Below the pieces are notes generated by a model. That model was given only the letters and a program-made list of their open reading frames with translations, made no database searches and was not told the origin of the DNA. From an uncultured SAR86 cluster bacterium (GTDB taxonomy: Bacteria > Pseudomonadota > Gammaproteobacteria > Magnimaribacterales > Magnimaribacteraceae): a stretch of DNA of 64,000 nucleotides. Below are positions 45,998 to 55,472 of this stretch, in pieces; positions within the stretch are counted from its first letter, which is position 1, and the number at the start of each line of letters is the position of its first letter. The position numbers were made by a program, and so were the translations under genes. The stretch spans positions 3,839 through 67,838 of the forward strand of contig CACDOC010000001.1 in NCBI GenBank assembly GCA_902554355.1. Reading direction: 5' to 3'.

Positions 45998-47833
45998 ATG
46001 GAGCAAAAAAGTTTCTTTCAAAGATTAAAAGAAAATCCTTTCTCTTGGCTTTTTACTGGAGAGTTATTCTTTCTAACTTTAAATAGCTTATTTTTAATAG
46101 TTGTTCTTGTAACAATTATTTCATTTATTACTTCTTTTTTTATAAAAGATTTCGAAGACCCTTCTGGTAAAGCTTTGGTGTTGAGCCCTGCTGGACCTAT
46201 TGTCGAGCAAGTAGCAGGATCAGATGATCCTTTTGATGTCATTAGAGGCCAAGGGCCTTCCGAATTATACGTAGGTGATCTCCTTGAAGTTTTAGAATCA
46301 GCTGCAAAAGATGAAAGAGTAAGAGATATTGTCTTGAGATTAGACAATATAGAAGGAACAGGACAAGCAGTTTTATATGATGTCGGGAACGCTTTACTGA
46401 AAGTTAAAGATTCTGGCAAGAACATAATAGCCATTGGAGATAGTTACGGCAGAAGTGGTTATTATTTAGCATCTTTTGCCAATGAGGTAATTATGGACCC
46501 AGATGGATATATATTTATAGATGGCTTTGGAAGGTCCAGACTATATTTCAAAGCATTTTTAGATAAACTAAAGATAGATTTCAATATATTTAGAGTTGGA
46601 ACTTTCAAATCCGCTGTAGAACCTTATTTAAGAAATGATATGTCTCAAGCAGCTAAAGAAGCAAACCTTGCTTATTTAGATGTGCTTTGGGATTCGTGGA
46701 AAAATGTAGTTTCTAAAAATAGAAGACTTAATCCTCAGGATATTCAATATTTAACTGATAATGCCGACGAAGTTGCTTCTAAATCAAAGAAAGGATTAGC
46801 GCATGCGTTATTATCATATGGATTGATTGACAACCTTTTAAGCAGAAGAGAGCAAAGAGAATACTTATTAAGTAAATTCGGAGAATCTGAAGACAAAGAA
46901 ACTTTTTCCCAAATATCGGGTTTCCAATATTTCCAGTTAGTTCAATCTGAGAAAGAGGTTAATAAATCAGACAATGAAATAGCTGTCATTGTTGCAAGAG
47001 GAACAATTGTTGATGGAACCCAGCCCCCTGGAACCATTGGTGGAGACTCTACATCTAATCTTATTAAGGAAGCACATGAAAATAAAAATATTAAGGCAAT
47101 TGTATTAAGAGTGGATTCAGGAGGGGGTGGAGTATTTGCTTCAGAGTTAATAAGACAAGAACTTGTTGCTGCCAAAGAAAAAGGAATAAAAATTATTGCC
47201 TCAATGGGTAATGTTGCTGCCTCAGGAGGTTATTGGATTTCAGCAAATGCGCATGAAATTTGGGCTTCTCATAACACCATCACTGGTTCAATAGGAATAT
47301 TTGGCATAGTACCTACCTTTGATAGAGCTTTAAATGAAATAGGAATAAACAGTGATGGTGTTAAAACATCCTCCGTAGACCTATCCGGTAATGTAGCTCA
47401 ACCTTTAGATCCAGCATTATCCAGGCTCATGCAGCAGGAAATAAATTATGGATATGAAAGATTTTTAAAACTTGTTAGTGAGGCGAGGAATATGTCGACT
47501 CAAGAAGTTAACAAAATAGCTCAAGGTAGAGTTTGGGCTGGAAGTACTGCACTAGAACTTGGCCTAGTAGATAATCTAGGAAACTTAGAAGAAGCAATAG
47601 AAAGAGCAGCTACGCTTGCTGAAATTGATGAATATACAACTTATTACCCATCGCAAGGACTAGATTGGAGGCAACAATTATTAGAGAGCTTTTCTTCAGC
47701 TTTAAAATCATTTATACCTGAAATAATTAGGAGAAATATAATACTTAAAGAATCAATTAATTCTTTAAAAGAAATAGACACATTTAATGATCCTAAAGGT
47801 ATGTATGTTAGATGTGAGAACTGCGTTATTTAG
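45998..47833 (+). CDS. sppA: signal peptide peptidase SppA, 67K (two-domain) type
   Basis: 611 aa with an N-terminal TM segment and tandem S49 domains (ASMGNVAASGGYWIS). Confidence 0.85.
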   Translation: MEQKSFFQRLKENPFSWLFTGELFFLTLNSLFLIVVLVTIISFITSFFIKDFEDPSGKALVLSPAGPIVEQVAGSDDPFDVIRGQGPSELYVGDLLEVLESAAKDERVRDIVLRLDNIEGTGQAVLYDVGNALLKVKDSGKNIIAIGDSYGRSGYYLASFANEVIMDPDGYIFIDGFGRSRLYFKAFLDKLKIDFNIFRVGTFKSAVEPYLRNDMSQAAKEANLAYLDVLWDSWKNVVSKNRRLNPQDIQYLTDNADEVASKSKKGLAHALLSYGLIDNLLSRREQREYLLSKFGESEDKETFSQISGFQYFQLVQSEKEVNKSDNEIAVIVARGTIVDGTQPPGTIGGDSTSNLIKEAHENKNIKAIVLRVDSGGGGVFASELIRQELVAAKEKGIKIIASMGNVAASGGYWISANAHEIWASHNTITGSIGIFGIVPTFDRALNEIGINSDGVKTSSVDLSGNVAQPLDPALSRLMQQEINYGYERFLKLVSEARNMSTQEVNKIAQGRVWAGSTALELGLVDNLGNLEEAIERAATLAEIDEYTTYYPSQGLDWRQQLLESFSSALKSFIPEIIRRNIILKESINSLKEIDTFNDPKGMYVRCENCVI

Positions 47834-48536
47834 TACTTACCATTTCTCGAACTAAAGCAGGAGAGATCTTTCTCTTCTTCTGAAGAGAAAAGCTATCCAA
47901 TTCATTTAATAGCTTTAATAAATCAGATAAGTTTCTTGAAGTATAGCTAACAATATATTGAACTGTTTTTTTGTCCAGAACGAATCCTTTTCTTTTAGAA
48001 GACTGGATTAAAGCTTCTATCTTTTCTTCCTCTGTAATTTCTGGTATTTCTATTGCTGTAAATGATAATAACCGAGAAGCAAGATCAGTAAGTCTAATCC
48101 GTAAGTCTTTTGGAACTGTAGTTGAAGAAAGATAAATTCTTGTTCCGCTCATATAACATTCATTAATTAAATTAAACATTGCCTTTTCCCAATCTTCAGA
48201 ATCTTCCATCAGCTCATAATCTTCAATAAATAATGCCTCTAAAGAGGCTAAGTTCATGAGAATTTCAGGTGAATTTACCCTCTTATCTTTAAAAGAGAAA
48301 TGAAAAGTTGTTTTATTATCTTCCGTATATTTTCTATGAAGTCCTTGCATGACATAGGACTTTCCTCTTCCTGTACCTCCCCAGATTATATAAAAGTTAG
48401 AAATAGATTGATCCGATGTTGAATGTTTTAAAATTTTTAAAAAGTCTTCAGTCGAGCTACAGTCAATAAATTTATCCAGACTTATTGCGTCATCCAATTG
48501 CACATTTAAATGAAGCTGCTTAGGTAGTTTGTTCAT
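47826..48536 (-). CDS. hda: DnaA regulatory inactivator Hda
   Basis: 236 aa, colinear with E. coli Hda. N-terminal QLHLNVQL clamp-binding-like motif, P-loop GGTGRGKSY, DLASRL, and a C-terminal RKISPALVRE. Confidence 0.8.
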   Translation of the reverse strand: MNKLPKQLHLNVQLDDAISLDKFIDCSSTEDFLKILKHSTSDQSISNFYIIWGGTGRGKSYVMQGLHRKYTEDNKTTFHFSFKDKRVNSPEILMNLASLEALFIEDYELMEDSEDWEKAMFNLINECYMSGTRIYLSSTTVPKDLRIRLTDLASRLLSFTAIEIPEITEEEKIEALIQSSKRKGFVLDKKTVQYIVSYTSRNLSDLLKLLNELDSFSLQKKRKISPALVREMVSTK

Positions 48537-49084
48537 ATAATTTTTTTAAATATAGCCCTACCTTCTTGGTTAAAATAAGAGACTAAACTTAAAACTATGA
48601 AAATTAAAACTCCTAACATAGCAATCCACTCAAGAAACTTAGGAAGAAAATCAAAAGATGAGCCCGTTAGCACTATTATGAATAATGCTATTGTCCAACC
48701 TGTGTAGTGCTTGCCCCATCTATTCGGTAAAGCTTGCTTGCTATCAAATAAAAGCAGATACATCATTGAACCAATTAATATAAGGCCGTCTCTAGTTAAC
48801 ATGGTATAGACAAACCACAAGGGCAATCTTTCGGAGAAGGCCAAAGCCAGAAGGGTTGCTAAAATTAAGCATTTATCTGCTAAAGGGTCAGCAAATTGAC
48901 CAAATTCACTTGTCCAATTATATCTTCTTGCTAAGTATCCATCTATTCCATCTGAAAGGCCGGCTACAATAAAAAGAATTAAAGCTACTAAATAGTTACC
49001 TTGATAGATAGATACGCTTATAGGAATTACTAATACAAACCTCATTGCAGTTATTAAATTAGGTATAACTGATAGTATCTTCAT
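48533..49084 (-). CDS. CDP-alcohol phosphatidyltransferase family protein (PgsA-sized)
   Basis: 183 aa. Contains the family motif DGIDGYLARRYNWTSEFGQFADPLADK. Overlaps both neighbours by 4 nt. Confidence 0.8.
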   Translation of the reverse strand: MKILSVIPNLITAMRFVLVIPISVSIYQGNYLVALILFIVAGLSDGIDGYLARRYNWTSEFGQFADPLADKCLILATLLALAFSERLPLWFVYTMLTRDGLILIGSMMYLLLFDSKQALPNRWGKHYTGWTIALFIIVLTGSSFDFLPKFLEWIAMLGVLIFIVLSLVSYFNQEGRAIFKKII

Positions 49085-50097
49085 ATCTCTATATATTTAT
49101 ATACTAGTCTATTTTCTGAAGGATTCTTCAAACGGACAAAATTAGAATTTATATCCAGCAAATTCTCTAAATCTTCTACAGTTCCATAAGTAGATAGCTC
49201 ATAATCTATTGAGGCCCTATTAAGCCCTTCTAGATTTAAATCGATAACAATAATCTGAGACCTTAATTCATTAGTTACCTTCTCAAGAGTTAAATAATCA
49301 ACAACACCTTCTATAGAAACTTTACTATTAGTTTTTACCGTTTTATTAACAACTAAGCTGCTATTTGAGTTGATTCTGTCTACTAAATTATTAAAAGTTT
49401 TATCTAAACTATTGACACTATTTGAAACAGAAGAAATACACTCAGCTTTTTCTAAAATGACTCCGAAATCATTACGCGTAAAACAAACGACCCAACTATC
49501 TAAACTATACCTCTTAATAATTTTATTCATAAAAAATGGGTAAGAAACAGAGCTTAAAGAATCTAAATAGTTAAGATCTCTAAAATCTAGAATGGGATAA
49601 GCTAATTCCACAACTCTTTTTTCTGACAAACTTGATAAGTTCTCTTTAAGAAAATTGCACAATTCCTCTTCAGTTATGTCCAAAAGATGTGCAGAAGATT
49701 TAAGCTCGCAAGGAATATAAACCATCACTGTTGATTCACTAGACAGCCATAAAGGTAATTTATTCTCCGAAAGAAAATTTCTTATTCTAGCCCCTTCAAA
49801 AAAGAATTTCGCATTAATAACATCATTAGAAGAACTAAGTTTGTATTGGTTAATGTATTGTTCTGGATTCTTATACAACTTATTTAGTTTGCCACTAGTA
49901 GAGACTTCCGTGCTGCCAGTAACTCTAATCATCAATTCTTTTAAAGCTTCCCGCATTCCTTCTTCAATTGAGACTTTATCTGACCCATTAAGCTGGATGT
50001 TAATCTCGTAGTTGTCTTTTAGACCATAAACCTCATTACCCTCTATTAAAGAATAAGAAAGCAAGAGAATATAAATAAGAATAAATTTTTTAATCAT
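49081..50097 (-). CDS. exported DUF2066-like protein
   Basis: 338 aa with a signal peptide. Its position divergent from purM matches the conserved gammaproteobacterial DUF2066 locus (call based on remembered synteny). Confidence 0.45.
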   Translation of the reverse strand: MIKKFILIYILLLSYSLIEGNEVYGLKDNYEINIQLNGSDKVSIEEGMREALKELMIRVTGSTEVSTSGKLNKLYKNPEQYINQYKLSSSNDVINAKFFFEGARIRNFLSENKLPLWLSSESTVMVYIPCELKSSAHLLDITEEELCNFLKENLSSLSEKRVVELAYPILDFRDLNYLDSLSSVSYPFFMNKIIKRYSLDSWVVCFTRNDFGVILEKAECISSVSNSVNSLDKTFNNLVDRINSNSSLVVNKTVKTNSKVSIEGVVDYLTLEKVTNELRSQIIVIDLNLEGLNRASIDYELSTYGTVEDLENLLDINSNFVRLKNPSENRLVYKYIEI

Positions 50098-50155
50098 TTA
50101 TTACAGAAGTATTGTTCTAAGATTGTTAAAATAAGCTAAATTCAATTACAAGTCG

Positions 50156-51208
50156 ATGACTTCAGATAATAAAGATTCAAAACTAGATTATAAAAAAGCT
50201 GGCGTAGACGTGGAAGCTGGTTATGAGCTGGTAGATAAAATAAAACCTTTCGTTAAAAATACTAAAAGACCTGAAATATTATCTGGATTAGGTTCCTTTT
50301 CTGCACTAAGCAGAATTCCTTCACACATCAAAAATCCTCTTTTGGTAACTTGTACTGACGGTGTTGGAACCAAGATTGAAATAGCTAAAATAGAAAATAA
50401 ATTTGAGAATATTGGAATAGATCTTGTTGCAATGTGCGTCAATGATCTAATAGTTTGCGGTGCTGAACCTTTATTGTTTCTTGACTATTATGTAACGGAT
50501 AAATTGCAAGTTGATATTGCAAGTAAAGTCATAGAAGGAATAGCAGAAGGATGCATATTAGCTAATTGCTCGTTAGTAGGCGGCGAAACAGCTGAACATC
50601 CAGGAAGTTTTCCTGAAAATAGCTTTGATCTTGCTGGTTTTTCTTTAGGAGTCGTTGATGAAGAAGAGATGATTGGAATGGATGGTCCCAAAAATGGAGA
50701 TATCCTTATAGGTGTTTCTTCTTCTGGTTTCCATTCGAATGGGTTCTCCCTAATTAGAAAAGTCCTTAAAGATTTTAATGTTCCATTAACCCAGGAAATT
50801 AAAGGAGAAACTTTAGGAACAATCTTGCTTAAACCAACGAATATTTATGTACAAGAAGTTCTAAGTTTAAAAAAAATAATAAAAATAAACTCCATAGCGC
50901 ATATCACTGGGGGTGGTTTCTATGAAAATATCCCTCGAATGCTTAACGAATTTCAAATAGCAAATATATCCTTTGATTTTAAAGACTGGCCTGCTTTCAA
51001 TTGCTTTAATTGGATACGAGAAATAGCCGAAATATCTGAAGAGAATATGTTAAGAACTTTTAATTGTGGAATTGGATTAGTAATTGCCATTTCTCCTGAA
51101 GATGAAGAAATAGCATTAGGAACTTTAAATCAAAGTGACTTTTTTGCAAAAACTATTGGAATCGTAGGAGAAGGTGAAGGGAACGAACCTATCCTTAACT
51201 TTGTCTAA
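50156..51208 (+). CDS. purM: phosphoribosylformylglycinamidine cyclo-ligase
   Basis: 350 aa. Contains YKKAGVDVEAG and CTDGVGTKIEIA, and has AIR synthase architecture. Confidence 0.95.
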   Translation: MTSDNKDSKLDYKKAGVDVEAGYELVDKIKPFVKNTKRPEILSGLGSFSALSRIPSHIKNPLLVTCTDGVGTKIEIAKIENKFENIGIDLVAMCVNDLIVCGAEPLLFLDYYVTDKLQVDIASKVIEGIAEGCILANCSLVGGETAEHPGSFPENSFDLAGFSLGVVDEEEMIGMDGPKNGDILIGVSSSGFHSNGFSLIRKVLKDFNVPLTQEIKGETLGTILLKPTNIYVQEVLSLKKIIKINSIAHITGGGFYENIPRMLNEFQIANISFDFKDWPAFNCFNWIREIAEISEENMLRTFNCGIGLVIAISPEDEEIALGTLNQSDFFAKTIGIVGEGEGNEPILNFV

Positions 51209-51214
51209 TTCTTT

Positions 51215-51817
51215 ATGAAGACTTTTAAAGTAGCTGTTTTAATATCAGGCAATGGTTCAAATCTTCAATCTTTGATTGATAACTTTAAGAAAGAAAGTTT
51301 AATAGATATTAAATGCGTTATAAGTAATAAAGAGAATGCATTTGGTTTAGAAAGGGCTACCGAAGCTAATATTGATAATTATTTTGTTGATCATACGAAA
51401 TTTAGAACTAGAGAAGAATTTGATCAAGAGCTAATTAAAATCCTAGAAGAATACGACCCTGATTTAATTGTCTTAGCGGGTTTTATGAGAATCTTAAGCG
51501 AACTATTTGTCGAAAAATATATAGGAAAATTGATTAACATCCACCCTTCTCTGCTTCCTAAATATCCTGGATTAGAAACACATAAAAAGGTTATTGAAAA
51601 CAAAGACTCTCATCATGGAGTAACAATCCACTATGTGGACAAAACTCTTGACGGAGGACCAATTTGTGCGCAATCACAAATGGAAGTAACAACTGATAAT
51701 ATTAAAGACCTTCAAAACCAAATTCACCAAATAGAACACGAAATGTATCCTTTAGTTATTAAACAAATAGCTGAAGGTAAATTAGAATTTAAAGACGGAG
51801 AAGTAATAAGGACATGA
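51215..51817 (+). CDS. purN: phosphoribosylglycinamide formyltransferase
   Basis: 200 aa. Contains VLISGNGSNLQ, NIHPSLLPKYPG and the formyltransferase core. Confidence 0.9.
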   Translation: MKTFKVAVLISGNGSNLQSLIDNFKKESLIDIKCVISNKENAFGLERATEANIDNYFVDHTKFRTREEFDQELIKILEEYDPDLIVLAGFMRILSELFVEKYIGKLINIHPSLLPKYPGLETHKKVIENKDSHHGVTIHYVDKTLDGGPICAQSQMEVTTDNIKDLQNQIHQIEHEMYPLVIKQIAEGKLEFKDGEVIRT

Positions 51818-52512
51818 CAAGAAAAATTTTGATACTTTGTTTAATGCTAAGCACTTACACGTTTGGTGCTTCAGATAATCCTATAAAACAATCCATAGCC
51901 ATCCTAGATAGTAACGTTGGGGAAATGAAAGTTGAGATGATTCTACTAAAGGATAACAAATGGAAATTAAGTTCTTACTTAGACGGAGGCAGGATAGTCC
52001 AAAGAGAAGAAATAGAGTATTTCTACATAGAAAATAACTTTATAAGACCTATAGAATATAATTTTTTCCAAAAAATCTTATTTAGAAAATATAACGCTTC
52101 TGCAATCTTCGATTGGGAAAAGAACGAGGCCAGTTATGTGGAAAAAGAAGAGAAAGGCTCAGTGGCTATAGAAGAAAAAGTTTTAGGGCCTAGTTCAGCT
52201 CAGCTCCAATTACGCCTAGACTTTAGAGAATTGGACCTAAACAATATCCCAAAATTACTTAATTATAAGGTCTTCTGGAGAGGTTCCGTAAAAGAGAGAT
52301 TATTTGATATACATAAAGATATAGAAATTATTGAAACTCCAATCGGTAATTACCCCACTTATAAAGTCTCTAGAAGATTTGAATCAGGGGATACTAGGTC
52401 TCAGGTATTTTGGCTTGCACCTGATTTGGATTTTTCAGTGATAAAAATATTTAATAATGATGGAAGAAGGGAAGTAGAGATTAAAATGAAATCGCTAGAA
52501 GAAATAGATTAA
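51814..52512 (+). CDS. exported DUF3108-like protein
   Basis: 232 aa with a signal peptide. Lies immediately downstream of purN with a 4-nt overlap, as at the conserved DUF3108 locus (remembered synteny). Confidence 0.45.
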   Translation: MTRKILILCLMLSTYTFGASDNPIKQSIAILDSNVGEMKVEMILLKDNKWKLSSYLDGGRIVQREEIEYFYIENNFIRPIEYNFFQKILFRKYNASAIFDWEKNEASYVEKEEKGSVAIEEKVLGPSSAQLQLRLDFRELDLNNIPKLLNYKVFWRGSVKERLFDIHKDIEIIETPIGNYPTYKVSRRFESGDTRSQVFWLAPDLDFSVIKIFNNDGRREVEIKMKSLEEID

Positions 52513-53078
52513 GCTTTTGGCAATGTAACGCCTTGTTGTCCTTGATACTTTCCACCTCTATCTTTATAACTAACCTCACATTCTTCATCAGATTCTAAGA
52601 AAAGCATTTGAGCTACGCCTTCATTAGCATAAATCTTTGCTGGTAAACTTGTCGTATTAGAAAACTCTAAGGTTACGTGACCTTCCCACTCTGGTTCTAA
52701 CGGAGTGACGTTAACTATAATCCCACATCTAGCATAGGTAGATTTACCAAGACATATAGTGAGCACATTTCTAGGAATTTTAAAGTATTCTATTGTGCTT
52801 GCCAGTGCGAAAGAATTTGGAGGTATAACGCATACATCATCAACAATATCTACAAAGCTGTTTTCATCAAAGCTTTTAGGGTCAACTGTTGCAGAATGAA
52901 TATTAGTAAAAACTTTAAATTCATTTGAACACCTAACGTCGTATCCATAAGAAGAGGTGCCGTAAGAAATTAGTCTATTTTCGTTTTTATCTTTCCTGAC
53001 CTGTTCTGCTTCAAAAGGTTCAATCATCCCATGATCTTCAGCCATTTTTTTTATCCACTTGTCAGACTTAATACTCAT
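52509..53078 (-). CDS. dcd: dCTP deaminase
   Basis: 189 aa, colinear with E. coli Dcd (MSIKSDKWI..., [22 protein letters not shown]). Confidence 0.95.
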   Translation of the reverse strand: MSIKSDKWIKKMAEDHGMIEPFEAEQVRKDKNENRLISYGTSSYGYDVRCSNEFKVFTNIHSATVDPKSFDENSFVDIVDDVCVIPPNSFALASTIEYFKIPRNVLTICLGKSTYARCGIIVNVTPLEPEWEGHVTLEFSNTTSLPAKIYANEGVAQMLFLESDEECEVSYKDRGGKYQGQQGVTLPKA

Positions 53079-53155
53079 TATTAATAAATCTTATATCTAT
53101 TGATTGATGTATGATACTTTCAGAAACCTTTTAAAAAAACATATATTTTACAGAT

Positions 53156-54445
53156 ATGAAACTATTTCAATTAACTCTAATAACCCTACTTTCTTATTCT
53201 ATTTCCTCAAATGATACTTTGAATATAGATCTTTTAGACTTATATAAAGATTTACATCAAAATCCTGAACTTTCTTACAAAGAGTTTAAAACTTCTAAAA
53301 AATTATCTTTAATTCTTAAAGATCTAGGCTATGAAGTAACAGATGGTGTTGGAGGTAATGGGGTTGTTGCTTTACTAAAGAACGGTGAAGGTAAAACAGT
53401 CATGTTGAGAGCAGATATGGACGGTCTTCCTGTTAAAGAAAAGACAGGTGCAAGTTATGCGAGCAAAACCAAGACCTTAAATGATGATGGTCAGGAAGTT
53501 TTTACAATGCACGCATGCGGACATGATGTTCATATGACAGTGTTAATCGGAACAGCTCAATATCTCATACAAAATAAATCTGATTGGAGTGGCACCTTAA
53601 TGCTAAATCTTCAGCCTGCAGAAGAAGTTAGCGGAGGAGCGAGGAATATGATTAAGGACGGGCTTTTTACTAGATTTCCTAGACCTGATTTTAATTTAGC
53701 TTTACACGTAAGTTCGGGAATGGAAGCGGGTAAGGTTGGTTATTTACCTGGATGGGCAATGGCTAATGTTGACGCAGTGGATATTACTGTAAAAGGTGTG
53801 GGTGGGCACGGAGCGTATCCGCATACTACAAAAGACCCAATTGTTCTATCTGCTCAAATAATTAACCAATTACAAACTATCGTTAGTAGACAAATTGCAC
53901 CTACTGATCCTGCGGTTGTAACGGTTGGTTCCATCCATGGTGGGACTAAACACAATGTTATTCCCAATGAAGTGAAGCTCCAATTAACTCTTAGATCCTA
54001 TACAGATGAAGTTAGAAATAAAACAATATCTGAAATTAAAAGAATCGTCAGAGGTACAGCAATTTCAGCGGGATTACCAGAAGAACTATACCCTGTAGTA
54101 GAAATAAAAGACGAATATACGCCTGCTGTATTTAACCACCCTGAATTGGTTGAAAAACTTAGAATAAGTTTTGAGAAATCTTTAGGTAAAGATAACGCTG
54201 TGAAGGTTTCTCCAGTTATGGGGGGAGAAGACTTTGGCATGTATGGAAGGGTTGAACCTATTATACCAACGGCCCTATTCTGGCTAGGCGCTGTTAATAA
54301 AAATGTATACCAGAAAGCTATAAGGGACGATATTGTTCTCCCCTCTTTGCACTCCGATTTATTTCTACCCGATGCTGAACCTACTATAGAAACTGGAGTA
54401 AAGGCTATGACAGGAGCAGCCTTAGATTTATTTAATGGATCTTAA
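53156..54445 (+). CDS. M20D-family amidohydrolase (N-acyl-amino-acid/hippurate hydrolase type), exported
   Basis: 429 aa with a signal peptide. Contains MHACGHDVHM and GGEDF. Confidence 0.85.
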   Translation: MKLFQLTLITLLSYSISSNDTLNIDLLDLYKDLHQNPELSYKEFKTSKKLSLILKDLGYEVTDGVGGNGVVALLKNGEGKTVMLRADMDGLPVKEKTGASYASKTKTLNDDGQEVFTMHACGHDVHMTVLIGTAQYLIQNKSDWSGTLMLNLQPAEEVSGGARNMIKDGLFTRFPRPDFNLALHVSSGMEAGKVGYLPGWAMANVDAVDITVKGVGGHGAYPHTTKDPIVLSAQIINQLQTIVSRQIAPTDPAVVTVGSIHGGTKHNVIPNEVKLQLTLRSYTDEVRNKTISEIKRIVRGTAISAGLPEELYPVVEIKDEYTPAVFNHPELVEKLRISFEKSLGKDNAVKVSPVMGGEDFGMYGRVEPIIPTALFWLGAVNKNVYQKAIRDDIVLPSLHSDLFLPDAEPTIETGVKAMTGAALDLFNGS

Positions 54446-54858
54446 AGAGCTCCTAAGTGCCTAGGCCTAATAAATTTTGAAAGAATGTATGCTGTAATGA
54501 ACCAGTTAAATGATTCGGCACATATCACTATGATGCTCCAGGCATAATTTACATCGGACCAGAATAAATCTACTTCATTGTAGAGAGCAAAAATTGTTCC
54601 TAACAAAAAGATAAACAATACCCTTTTTCTAGGCTTATCTAAAAGTGGCATAACTCTGTTAAGTATCCAAGTTAATAAGAGTATTACAAAAAACTTTAAG
54701 CAAAAACTAAATACGTAATCGAAAGTCGATAGTTCAATAGTAGAGATATCTTTAGATGCAAGATCAATAACAAAAGTTGAGGCAACAATATATAGCCCCA
54801 ATAAACCCATTAGGAAATTTACTGTTGTTGCTAATAATATACCTACAAAGACTTTCAT
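54442..54858 (-). CDS. hypothetical membrane protein
   Basis: 138 aa with four hydrophobic helices. No family recognised. Confidence 0.4.
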   Translation of the reverse strand: MKVFVGILLATTVNFLMGLLGLYIVASTFVIDLASKDISTIELSTFDYVFSFCLKFFVILLLTWILNRVMPLLDKPRKRVLFIFLLGTIFALYNEVDLFWSDVNYAWSIIVICAESFNWFITAYILSKFIRPRHLGAL

Positions 54859-54863
54859 TAATA

Positions 54864-55472
54864 CTATTCTTTTAATTCTACTCTACCACTAAATGCATGC
54901 ATTATCGTGCCTCTATCTACGTATTCTAATTCACCTCCTAAAGGCACCCCCTGGGCTAGTTTAGTCAACCTTAAATCATCTAAATCTTTTAAATAATCAT
55001 ATATATAGTGAGCAGTTGTCTCTCCTTCTAAAGTTGAATTTGTTGCTAAGATCAATTCCTTCACTTCTTCAGATTTTGCAAGGTTAAATAATTTTTCTAA
55101 AGCTAATTGATCGGGTCCAATGTCATCGATTGGGGACAAGTGCCCATGTAAAATAAAATAGTTTCCATTAAATTGATTGCTTTGCTCTATTGCAAAAACA
55201 TCAGATACGGATTCAACAACGCATATACAGCTCTTATCTCTCTTTTCATTTGAACATATTGCACATACTTCGCTTTCTGTGAATATTCTGCATTTCTGAC
55301 ACTTACCTACGCCTTCAATGGCTTTAGCCATTATATCAGCTAGCAAGATACCCCCATCTCTATTTCTTTCTAATAAATGCAACACCATCCTCTGAGCAGA
55401 CTTAGGCCCCACTCCTGGAAGACATTGCATAGCTTCAATTAAACCATCTACCAAAGGACTAACTTTACTCAT
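54864..55472 (-). CDS. recR: recombination protein RecR
   Basis: 202 aa. HhH motif (LPGVGPKSAQR), Cys4 zinc finger (CQKCRIF...CAICSN) and a Toprim domain. Confidence 0.95.
   Translation of the reverse strand: MSKVSPLVDGLIEAMQCLPGVGPKSAQRMVLHLLERNRDGGILLADIMAKAIEGVGKCQKCRIFTESEVCAICSNEKRDKSCICVVESVSDVFAIEQSNQFNGNYFILHGHLSPIDDIGPDQLALEKLFNLAKSEEVKELILATNSTLEGETTAHYIYDYLKDLDDLRLTKLAQGVPLGGELEYVDRGTIMHAFSGRVELKE

Noticed and set aside
46018-46434. 138-aa antisense ORF inside sppA. Similar antisense ORFs lie inside other confident genes, including 55752-56126 in dnaX, 38488-38838 and 37663-37962 in the carboxylase alpha gene, 13382-13699 in the iron permease, and 6856-7134 in the SDR.
   Set aside because: Each lies entirely within a gene that has strong family motifs on the other strand. 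Each has Ser/Leu-rich, low-complexity composition typical of antisense read-through, and none has motifs of its own.
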